DNA from: Gemmatimonadales bacterium
GTDB taxonomy: Bacteria; Gemmatimonadota; Gemmatimonadetes; Gemmatimonadales; GWC2-71-9
DNA length: 64,000 bases
Reading direction: 5' to 3'
NCBI GenBank assembly: GCA_035299765.1
Contig: DATGVZ010000101.1
Coordinates: 4,184 to 68,183 of the forward strand
How positions within the stretch are numbered: the stretch's first letter is position 1; the number at the start of each line of letters is the position of its first letter. Below are positions 22,846-30,190 of this stretch, in pieces. The notes below the pieces were generated by a model. The model worked only from the letters and a program-made list of their open reading frames with translations. It made no database searches and was not told where the DNA came from. A program made the position numbers and the translations under genes.

Positions 22846-24831
22846 TCAGTACGGCTCATCCGAGATTGGGTTCAAGGGCTGCACGGCTCGATGCTCGCGC
22901 ACGGCGGGGGGAGCCTCCGCCACGACTCTGCTGCCGAGCACCTTCCGGAAGTATGCGAGCGCGTCTTCAGGCCGGCTCCGACGCGTCGCTGCGAGCGCCC
23001 GGCGCACGTCATCCTGCTCGCGGTCGGCAATCAGATCCTTCACCTGGTTCGGGCGAATGCGCCGGTCCAACCGGACGAGCTGCCGCACGACGGCGTCGTC
23101 GAACGGCACGTCGGCGGCGGGGGGAAACCGCTCGACTCCATCGCGCCCGCGCAGCACCGGCGGTTTGGGGAAACGCACGAAGATCGGCTGCGTGAAATGG
23201 GGATGCCGCACCATCAGCTCCCCGATCGGCAGCGTGGCGAGCTTGCTCTTTGTGGCCGGAGAGAGCACCTGATATCCCGGCGTCGCCAGCTCATCCATGT
23301 CCATGCGCCCGAACACCTGCGTGCCCGCATTGCCGACCACACGGCGATGGACCTGCGAGCGGAATTGTTCGGCGCCGAAGAGCACCAGGCCGAGGTAGCG
23401 GCCGCGCTCGGAGATGTCGAGCAGCATCTTCTTGACGTACGTCTCCGGCCCGTCGCCCGGTGCGTACTTGTTCAGCTCATCCACGAAGACGACGACGGCG
23501 TCGACGCCGAGCTCGCGTCGCTCGAGCTGCTCGCGGAGTTTGGAGACGACGCGGGCGAAGACGAGGTCCTGACCGAGCGGATCGACGTTGGCGATGTCGA
23601 TCACGTAGACCGTGCGATCCGCGAACTCGCTCCAGGGCAAATCGCTCGCCGGCCCGTCGTCCGTCACGAGGCCTTTGCAGCGCGTGGAGATATTGAGCAG
23701 ACGGTTGCGCACTTTGCGCATCGTAGCGATGTGGTGCGTTCGCCAGGTGTCGCTCCGCCCGCCGGACATGATCTCCAGACCATCAAAGATCGAGCGGAAC
23801 AGGCGATCGAGATCGGCAAAGGTTTGCACGCGATGCGTGCTGCCGAAGCCATCATCAAACGTGCGCCCCAACACCCGGTCCCGAAGGAAATCGATAAAGG
23901 CGTCGGCTTTGGCATCGATGTCGTCGCGGTTGAGTAACACTTCGGCGTAATCGACGACTTCCTGGAGACCCCACGTCAGCGGCTCGACGTCGCCGACGAG
24001 ATCGGGATGCGTGCGCAGCGTGTTGAGGTTGACGCCATCTGCTTTCAGCGGCGCGTACAGCTTCACCCGCTCGAATGGCTGCGCGGGCACCGCGAGCCGG
24101 TCGTAGCGGTGCCGGTCTTCATCGCTCAAGTCGCCGGGCTGATCGAGAAAACAGAGGTCCGGTCCCTTGACGTTGAAGCACACGGCGGCGACGCGGCCTT
24201 TGTGCGGCGGGAAATGGGCGAAGATCGACGCGAGCAGGAATTCAACCGCGCTGGTCTTCGTGGCGAGTCCCGATACGCCCGAGATGTTGAGATGCGCCGC
24301 TTCGGGCCCGATGAGAAAATCGGCATCGAGATAGACGGGAGCTTCGCGGCCGGCGGAGGTATAGAGCCCGATGGGAATCGCCGTCGGCGTCGCAGAGTAA
24401 AGGAAGGCGTCCATACGAAGCGCCTGCGCGACATCGGCGTCGGCGGCGACGAATACCTGTCCGAGCGGCACCGGTTGCAGCGGTTCTTCGGGAGTCTGGC
24501 GCAGCACGGCTGCGGTCCAGTAGCGGATCTCCTGCCGGGCGGTCGGCGCATCGGCGGCGCGGGCGGGATCCCCTTCAGCACTGACGACATCGTGTAATGG
24601 GGTCGCGAGATCCGAGTAGGCGAACCCGTCGGTGACCACGCCGTACACAACCCTTCCCTCTTCCCCCTTCCCGGTTCCCCTGACTTTCACAATCGCACCG
24701 ATCCCAACGCTGGTTTCGGTCCCGGTCCAGAAGTGGAATTGATGCGGTGTCGCAGGCTTCAGCTCGGTCGCCACAACTCGGCCGATGGGGGGGGGCGGGG
24801 GGGGCGGGGGGGGCGAGGCTTTATCGATCAC
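22846..24831 (-). CDS. herA: HerA-like FtsK/HerA-superfamily ATPase (DUF87 type)
   Basis: N-terminal HAS-barrel-like segment ('IGRVVATELKPA...FHFW...GAIVKV....GVVTDG'), P-loop region 'HLNISGVSGLATKTS', Walker B 'AVVVFVDELNKYAP'. GTG at 24831 overlaps the nurA stop (GTGA). Confidence 0.75.
   Translation of the reverse strand: MIDKASPPPPPPPPPIGRVVATELKPATPHQFHFWTGTETSVGIGAIVKVRGTGKGEEGRVVYGVVTDGFAYSDLATPLHDVVSAEGDPARAADAPTARQEIRYWTAAVLRQTPEEPLQPVPLGQVFVAADADVAQALRMDAFLYSATPTAIPIGLYTSAGREAPVYLDADFLIGPEAAHLNISGVSGLATKTSAVEFLLASIFAHFPPHKGRVAAVCFNVKGPDLCFLDQPGDLSDEDRHRYDRLAVPAQPFERVKLYAPLKADGVNLNTLRTHPDLVGDVEPLTWGLQEVVDYAEVLLNRDDIDAKADAFIDFLRDRVLGRTFDDGFGSTHRVQTFADLDRLFRSIFDGLEIMSGGRSDTWRTHHIATMRKVRNRLLNISTRCKGLVTDDGPASDLPWSEFADRTVYVIDIANVDPLGQDLVFARVVSKLREQLERRELGVDAVVVFVDELNKYAPGDGPETYVKKMLLDISERGRYLGLVLFGAEQFRSQVHRRVVGNAGTQVFGRMDMDELATPGYQVLSPATKSKLATLPIGELMVRHPHFTQPIFVRFPKPPVLRGRDGVERFPPAADVPFDDAVVRQLVRLDRRIRPNQVKDLIADREQDDVRRALAATRRSRPEDALAYFRKVLGSRVVAEAPPAVREHRAVQPLNPISDEPY
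24787..24814. repeat. G9-C-G8-C-G8-C homopolymer block (codes Pro9 of HerA on the minus strand)
   Basis: Read directly as 'gggggggggcggggggggcggggggggc'. Codons 7-15 of herA are all Pro. Confidence 0.95.
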
Positions 24832-25817
24832 GATGCTATCGGCAACCGGTGACGTGCTGTCGACAGATCGCGCGGCGCGCGGGCCTTCAGGTATTCCTCC
24901 ACGTTATGTAAAGGATACAACAGCCGGTCCCAGCGTGTAGCCGGCGTCGCCAGCGGCGCGCGCTCGGCGACGAGCCAGCCACTCAGCTCGGACGCGAGCG
25001 CGACGGACGCCGGATCCGCTCGCGCTTCCACGCGCAGCAAGCCGTACAGCAAATCGTTCCCTTCCCACGGCCAGAGACGCAGATACCACGAATACACTTC
25101 GGTCCGGGTGTGACCGCCGCGCACAGCGAACACGCTGGTACGATGTCCGGCAGGCAGCGTCAACGCGCGTTCAAGTCCGCGCCCTTCGAGAAACTGGGTG
25201 CCGTGGCTGTTGATAACGCCAAGAGCGCGCGGGTGCCGCGCCACGGTGGGCGAGCGCGACAGCAGGCCGTCCAATACCAGCCACTCCTCGGCACCGAGTG
25301 TCGCGATGCAGTTCTCCGCGAGCTCACGCTCGAGTCCGGCACGGACGCGTCGAACGGTGCTCTCCACAGTTTCCAGATACCGCGCCGGCCCCCCCGCCAA
25401 CTCGCCATCGATCGGTTCGACGTCGGAAACGGAAGCTTCCAGCACCTGGCGCAGCCCCGGAGTCATCCGCTCGAGCGGCGCGACGGCAAAAGCACGGTTG
25501 CGCTCGAACGTGGTGTGCAGCACGCCGCGGCTATCGCGCCTGCGGACGGCGGCGGCGACATAGGCGTCTACGACCTGAATGATGCCGTCGCACGCCACCA
25601 CGCCCCAGCGCGCAAAGCTCGCGAGAAACGAAACCGCCGGAGGAATTCGCGTACCGCCGCGCTCAGGAACAGGATGGGCCTCGAGCTCGGCCCCCTCCAC
25701 TAAGGCAGCGCGGTCGGCGGGTTCAATCTCTTCTTTGGATCCGCGGGCTCCGGTCGGATTGGGCACAAACGCCACGGGTACCGCGCCGGCGTCGATGAGC
25801 GCCTGCCACCACGTCAT
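24828..25817 (-). CDS. nurA: NurA-like nuclease
   Basis: Position directly 5' of herA. RNase-H-like motifs 'VVACDGIIQV' (first Asp), 'WLVLDGLL', 'VINSHG'. The size (~330 aa) fits. ATG overlaps the upstream stop (ATGA). Confidence 0.65.
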   Translation of the reverse strand: MTWWQALIDAGAVPVAFVPNPTGARGSKEEIEPADRAALVEGAELEAHPVPERGGTRIPPAVSFLASFARWGVVACDGIIQVVDAYVAAAVRRRDSRGVLHTTFERNRAFAVAPLERMTPGLRQVLEASVSDVEPIDGELAGGPARYLETVESTVRRVRAGLERELAENCIATLGAEEWLVLDGLLSRSPTVARHPRALGVINSHGTQFLEGRGLERALTLPAGHRTSVFAVRGGHTRTEVYSWYLRLWPWEGNDLLYGLLRVEARADPASVALASELSGWLVAERAPLATPATRWDRLLYPLHNVEEYLKARAPRDLSTARHRLPIAS

Positions 25818-26452
25818 GCGGTGTCTCGCACTTTGAGACCAACCGCGAGACCGTCACGCACGGGAATGATTGTCGCGACGAGGCGGGGATCACGCGCCGC
25901 GAGCTCGTTGAAAGCCCGCACACCGAGCGCCGAGCCGGAGCGGTCGTTTGGATCGACCGCCGCGCCGTGGAAGAAGGCGTTGTCGCACAGCAGCAAGCCG
26001 CCGCGCCGCAGCAGGCGCATGCCCCAATCGAAGTACTGGGGCAGCGGTTCTTTATCGGCATCGATGAACACCGCGTCGAATCCGGGCGCTAGCGTCGGCA
26101 GGACATCGAGCGCAGCGCCTTCGATCAATTGCACCTTTTTCGAGAGCCCCGCCGACGCGAAGGCTTCACCAGCGATCTTGGCATGGCGCGGATCTTTCTC
26201 GATCGTGACCAGCCTCCCCATCGCCGGTAGCGCGCGTGCCAACCACACGCCGCTGTAGCCGCCAAGCGAGCCAATCTCCAGCACATTCGTCGCACCGATT
26301 GTGAGGAGCAGGAGATGGAGCAGCTTTCCTTCTTCTGGTGAGACATTGATGGTCGGCAGATTTTCCGCGGCATGGCGGGCGCGGATTTCGGAGAGAATCG
26401 AGTCTTCAGGGGCGAACAGCTCGGTGACGTAGCGCTCGAAGCGTTCGTCCAC
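25814..26452 (-). CDS. class I SAM-dependent O-methyltransferase (caffeoyl-CoA OMT-like)
   Basis: 'NVLEIGSLGGYSGVWLA', 'VFIDADKE', 'LLRRGGLLLCDN'. GTG at 26452 shares 1 nt with the upstream TAG. Confidence 0.85.
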   Translation of the reverse strand: MDERFERYVTELFAPEDSILSEIRARHAAENLPTINVSPEEGKLLHLLLLTIGATNVLEIGSLGGYSGVWLARALPAMGRLVTIEKDPRHAKIAGEAFASAGLSKKVQLIEGAALDVLPTLAPGFDAVFIDADKEPLPQYFDWGMRLLRRGGLLLCDNAFFHGAAVDPNDRSGSALGVRAFNELAARDPRLVATIIPVRDGLAVGLKVRDTA

Positions 26453-26967
26453 TACGCCGTAGCTTCGACGTTCGGGAAGGGGGGCACCTCCAAGAGCCAC
26501 AATCCGGCGATTCTCGATTGCTTATCGACCTCCACGAGCAAATGGTCCGCGACACGCACGATCGTCGAGGGCCGCTGCCGGCCCACACGAATATGGAAGA
26601 CCGACTCCGATTGATTCTTGTCGACGGTCAAAGGTGTGTCCACTTCCACGGCCGCCACGCCGGGCTGGGAGCGCCGGCCGGGGAAGGTGACCGAGCCTGC
26701 TTTCGTCGGCTCGGGCGGTACGAGGGAAGCCACGGTGCGGACATCGTCAGGCCAGGTCACGACGTCCACGCCGCGCAGCGCGCCGCCCGCGACGTCGATC
26801 ACGACGAACGAGCCGTCTCCCCCTTCGAGGTCCACGGTGCCGTTCATGCCGTTCCCTTTCGGCACCCCTTTGCACGCGACCGTCAGGATGTCGGTCTCCG
26901 GGTCCCAGCGGTAGGAAACCTTGGGAAGCTTTCCGTTCAACGGCTCGATGCGTGCTTCGAAATGCAT
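26452..26967 (-). CDS. hypothetical protein (possible tandem DUF2283-like folds)
   Basis: 'SYRWDPETDILTV' resembles the YD.E.D.L motif of DUF2283. It is the first gene of the minus-strand operon. Confidence 0.45.
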   Translation of the reverse strand: MHFEARIEPLNGKLPKVSYRWDPETDILTVACKGVPKGNGMNGTVDLEGGDGSFVVIDVAGGALRGVDVVTWPDDVRTVASLVPPEPTKAGSVTFPGRRSQPGVAAVEVDTPLTVDKNQSESVFHIRVGRQRPSTIVRVADHLLVEVDKQSRIAGLWLLEVPPFPNVEATA

Positions 26968-27018
26968 GCGGTTGTGCGCCTTCCAGCGCGAAGAGAGGCT
27001 GCGTAATATAGCTGCACG

Positions 27019-28239
27019 ATGGAGCGACGCGAGTTTCTGACAACGGCGAGCGGCCTGCTGGTTACAGCGACGGTCGGACGGAAGAACGGAATAAATGCCG
27101 TTCCGTCCTTCCGTCCTTCCGTCCTTCAGTCGCCTTCCCTTACGGCCGCAACCTTCGCCAGTCGCATCGAGAGACTTCAGGAAGAATTAAAGCGACGCAA
27201 GCTCGACCTCCTCGTCGCCGAGCCGAGTACGAATTTTCAGTATTTCACCGGTTACAACCCCGGGCGCAGCGAGCGCCTGATTCTCTTAATGCTTCCCGCG
27301 GCGGGAAATCCGGTCGTCGTGTGTCCGTCGTTCGAAGTCGAGCGCATCAAGCGCAACAGCGCCCTCTCCGACGTGCGCGGCTGGGAGGAACAGGACAATC
27401 CGTGGAACGTCGTGAAGACGGTCGGCAAGGAGATGAAGCCGCCGCGCCGTCACGGCGCCGGGGCGATCGAGCCTACCACATCCTACCAGAGCTACCTGCG
27501 TCTCATCGAGAAGATGGGCGGCTGGGATTTCATCGAAGGCACGCCCGTGACCGAGCGGCTGCGGATCATCAAGGGACCCGAAGAAGTCGATCTGATCCGG
27601 CGGGCCATCGCGGCCACGGAAGCGTCGATCGCCGCCACCTTCTCGCAGCTCGCGGTCGGGATGACGGAACGCGAAGTCTCGGAATTGCTGTCACGCGAAA
27701 TGGCGAGCCGCGGCTCGCCAGGGGGCGGGCTCGTGCAGTTTGGCCCCTCCAGTGCGCTGCCCCACGGCGGGCCGTCGGCCGGGAAGTTGACGCGCGAGAC
27801 GGTGGTGTTGATCGACGCCGGCTCGCGCATCGAGGGCTATACCTCCGACATCACGCGCACGATCTGGTTCGGCGACGCGCCGGCGGATGAGTTCAAAAAG
27901 GTCTACAACCTGGTCCACGACGCGCAGACGGCGGCGATGGCCTCCGGCAAGCCGTTCAGCACCCAATGCCAGCAGATGGATCGGCTGGCGCGAAAGACCA
28001 TCGCCGACGGCGGGTACGGCCAGTACTTCACGCACCGGCTGGGCCACGGGATTGGGCTGGATGGCCACGAGCCACCCTATCTGGTGGAGGGCAACGAAAC
28101 CCGGATGGAAAACGGGATGACCTTCACGATCGAGCCCGGGATCTACCAGCTCGGCAAATTCGGCGTGCGGATCGAGGACGACTGCCTCATGACGGACAAC
28201 GGAGTCGAAGTGCTCTCGCACCGGCCGGCGAAGCTCTAG
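27019..28239 (+). CDS. M24 family Xaa-Pro aminopeptidase with Tat signal
   Basis: Twin-arginine 'MERREFLTTASGLLVTA'. Metal ligand region 'DAGSRIEGYTSDITRT', 'HRLGHGIGLDGHEPP', 'FTIEPGIY', 'VRIED'. Confidence 0.9.
   Translation: MERREFLTTASGLLVTATVGRKNGINAVPSFRPSVLQSPSLTAATFASRIERLQEELKRRKLDLLVAEPSTNFQYFTGYNPGRSERLILLMLPAAGNPVVVCPSFEVERIKRNSALSDVRGWEEQDNPWNVVKTVGKEMKPPRRHGAGAIEPTTSYQSYLRLIEKMGGWDFIEGTPVTERLRIIKGPEEVDLIRRAIAATEASIAATFSQLAVGMTEREVSELLSREMASRGSPGGGLVQFGPSSALPHGGPSAGKLTRETVVLIDAGSRIEGYTSDITRTIWFGDAPADEFKKVYNLVHDAQTAAMASGKPFSTQCQQMDRLARKTIADGGYGQYFTHRLGHGIGLDGHEPPYLVEGNETRMENGMTFTIEPGIYQLGKFGVRIEDDCLMTDNGVEVLSHRPAKL
27101..27124. repeat. 3 x 8-bp tandem repeat (TTCCGTCC) inside the peptidase linker
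   Basis: Read directly as 'ttccgtccttccgtccttccgtcc'. It is preceded by the partially complementary 'ggacggaagaacgg' and an AT-rich 'aataaat' loop. Confidence 0.9.
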
Positions 28240-29423
28240 TCTCCCAGTTTTCTCGCAAACCCCGCAATTCGATCCAACCCCTGTTTAATCGACTCGGCCG
28301 AGGCCGCATACGATAGCCGCACCCAGCGATCATCCCCAAATGCCGAGCCGGGCACCAACGCGACCCCCGTCTGCGTGATCAATCGTGTGCAGAAGTCCGT
28401 TCCGGAAATCTTCCCGAATGAATCCACCCTGAAGAAGAAGTAGAAGGCTCCAAGCGGATCGACGAATTCGACGCCGGGCAGGTCCTGCCGGAAGCGCGCG
28501 ACCACGAGATCCCGGCGCTTGCGAAATTCGGCGACCATGCGGGTGACGTCCTGCTCCAGGCGCTCGTCGGCGAGTGCCGCCGCGGCGGCGAATTGCGCGG
28601 GGTGATTCGCGCCCGTCGTCGTGTGCGACTGTAGCGCCGCCATTGCTTTCGCCACCTTGGCCGGCGCGAGCGCCAGCCCGATGCGCCACCCCGTCATCGC
28701 GTACGCCTTGCTGACGCCGTAGATGACCACGACGCGCTCGAGCAAATCATCAGGCAGATCGAGGAATGATGGCGACGGTCCGGTCCCGTAGTGAATCCGC
28801 CGGTAGATCTCGTCCGCGATCACCCACACCTTCTTTGCCTTCGCCCACTGCGCGATCGCGCGAATTTCGGCGTGCGTGTACACCGCGCCGGTAGGATTGC
28901 AGGGAGAGCACAAAATCAAGCCGGTCGCGCCGGGCAGCATGCGCTCCAGATCTTTCACGCTCGCCTTGAGGCTCCATTCCGGGTCGCCGGCGATCATCAC
29001 TGGGCGCGCACGCGCGAGATGCACGATCTGGGGATAGGAGACCCACGCCGGTGACGGAATCGCCACGACGTCGCCGGGACCGAAGAGCGTGAAGCACGCG
29101 TTGAACAGCGCTTGCTTGGAACCGTTCGACACGACGATGTGATCGGCATTCACGGGCCGGCCGCCCGAGAGCAGCGAGAGGTGCGTTGCGGCGGCGGCGC
29201 GCAGCTCCAGAATCCCCTCGTTCGCCGGATAGTGCGTCTTCCCATCCTTGATCGCGCGAATGCCGGCTTCCGCCGGAATCGGCGGCGTCGGGAAATCGGG
29301 CTCGCCCGCGCCGAGGTCGACGACGTCTTCGCCGGCAGCCTTGCGGCGTTTGGCTTCGGCGGAGATGGCGATCGTGGCGGAGGTCTCGAGGTGCTGCAGG
29401 TTGGGCGACAGACCTTCGATCAT
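28236..29423 (-). CDS. pyridoxal phosphate-dependent aminotransferase (aspartate aminotransferase-like, class I)
   Basis: 'PDFPTP', 'CSPCNPTGAVY', PLP-Lys 'YGVSKAYAMTGWRIG'. ATG at 29423 (residue 135 of track ORF) overlaps the upstream stop (ATGA). Confidence 0.9.
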   Translation of the reverse strand: MIEGLSPNLQHLETSATIAISAEAKRRKAAGEDVVDLGAGEPDFPTPPIPAEAGIRAIKDGKTHYPANEGILELRAAAATHLSLLSGGRPVNADHIVVSNGSKQALFNACFTLFGPGDVVAIPSPAWVSYPQIVHLARARPVMIAGDPEWSLKASVKDLERMLPGATGLILCSPCNPTGAVYTHAEIRAIAQWAKAKKVWVIADEIYRRIHYGTGPSPSFLDLPDDLLERVVVIYGVSKAYAMTGWRIGLALAPAKVAKAMAALQSHTTTGANHPAQFAAAAALADERLEQDVTRMVAEFRKRRDLVVARFRQDLPGVEFVDPLGAFYFFFRVDSFGKISGTDFCTRLITQTGVALVPGSAFGDDRWVRLSYAASAESIKQGLDRIAGFARKLGD

Positions 29424-30169
29424 CGGGGAATCGCTCCGTAGCGCTTCAGGATCATGACCGTCGAGTCGATGGGGAGGGCACGCACAACGCCACGATAGCC
29501 CCGCACCGTCTCCGCGCGCAACAAGGAATTGTAGATCGCTTCTTCGGTGGCATCGATGGTTGCTTGAAAGAGCGGCGACAATGCATCCTCGGCCACGACG
29601 GTCGGACGGCCCGACGGCCGGACGGTCGAGAAGGCGAGCACATAGTCGCCTGAGCCGTTCGACATGCTGCTGCCGGTGCGAGCAAGACCGGCGAGCGCGC
29701 GGCGGCCGACACGCTCCAGTTGCCGATGATCGAGGGCGCGTCGGTCGCAACGACCATGATAATTGATCCGTCACCCGAACCACGTGTCCCGTGTCCCGTG
29801 TCTCGCGGCCGCGCGCGGCACGCAAAGCGTACAGGTCAGCACGATCGGCGACTCGAGCTCACCGAGCTCATTGACCTGTGTCGAGCCGGCGAGTTTGCCG
29901 AATCCGTTGCCGACGACAATCGCCGCGGGCACCTTGTCGCGAAATGGATTGCCGCCGGGGGGCAGGATCGCCGTGATACCGGTGTTGATCGAGTCGCCGC
30001 GCGTGATCGTTGTATGACCGACCCGGACACCGGCGACGTCGGTGATGGCGTTGAGCGCACCGGTGGGAATGGAGCCTACGGTGATGCCGATGTCGCGAGC
30101 GCGCGGACGGGTTTGTCCATGCAATGGAGCGATGAATAGAAAGAACAGGAGGAGATCGTTAGCTTTCAC
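29420..30169 (-). pseudogene. S58 (DmpA/P1-type aminopeptidase) pseudogene with an internal deletion plus a 1-nt frameshift
   Basis: The N-fragment (GTG 30169 to TGA 29771) has signal peptide 'VKANDLLLFFLFIAPLHG', 'GALNAITDVAGVRVGHTT' and 'ESPIVLTCT'. A second frame reads 'DGSIIMVVATDAP'. A third frame reads 'DHRQLERVGRRALAGLARTGSSMSNGSGDYVLAFST...EEAIYNSLL...ALP' through to the stop at 29420. The central ~130-140 aa, including the autoprocessing nucleophile region, are absent. Confidence 0.7.
29783..29803. repeat. 3 x 7-bp tandem repeat (CGTGTCC CGTGTCC CGTGTCT) at the pseudogene deletion junction
   Basis: Read directly as 'cgtgtcccgtgtcccgtgtct'. Confidence 0.9.
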
Positions 30170-30190
30170 GACAGAAGAAACTAGCACCCT

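Noticed and set aside
24787-24814. The G8C repeat blocks considered as a possible CRISPR array or other spaced-repeat locus.
   Set aside because: The units are 9 nt with no spacers, lie inside coding frames, and no cas genes are present. I treat them as a homopolymer microsatellite or G4 motif instead.
18261-26967. The NurA-HerA-SbcCD cluster as a mobile anti-phage defence island.
   Set aside because: There are no flanking integrase, transposase or tRNA genes, no direct repeats, and no compositional break visible by eye. The neighbours are core metabolic genes. HerA-based defence systems normally pair HerA with Sir2- or DUF4297-type effectors, not with Mre11/Rad50. A housekeeping repair role is the simpler reading.
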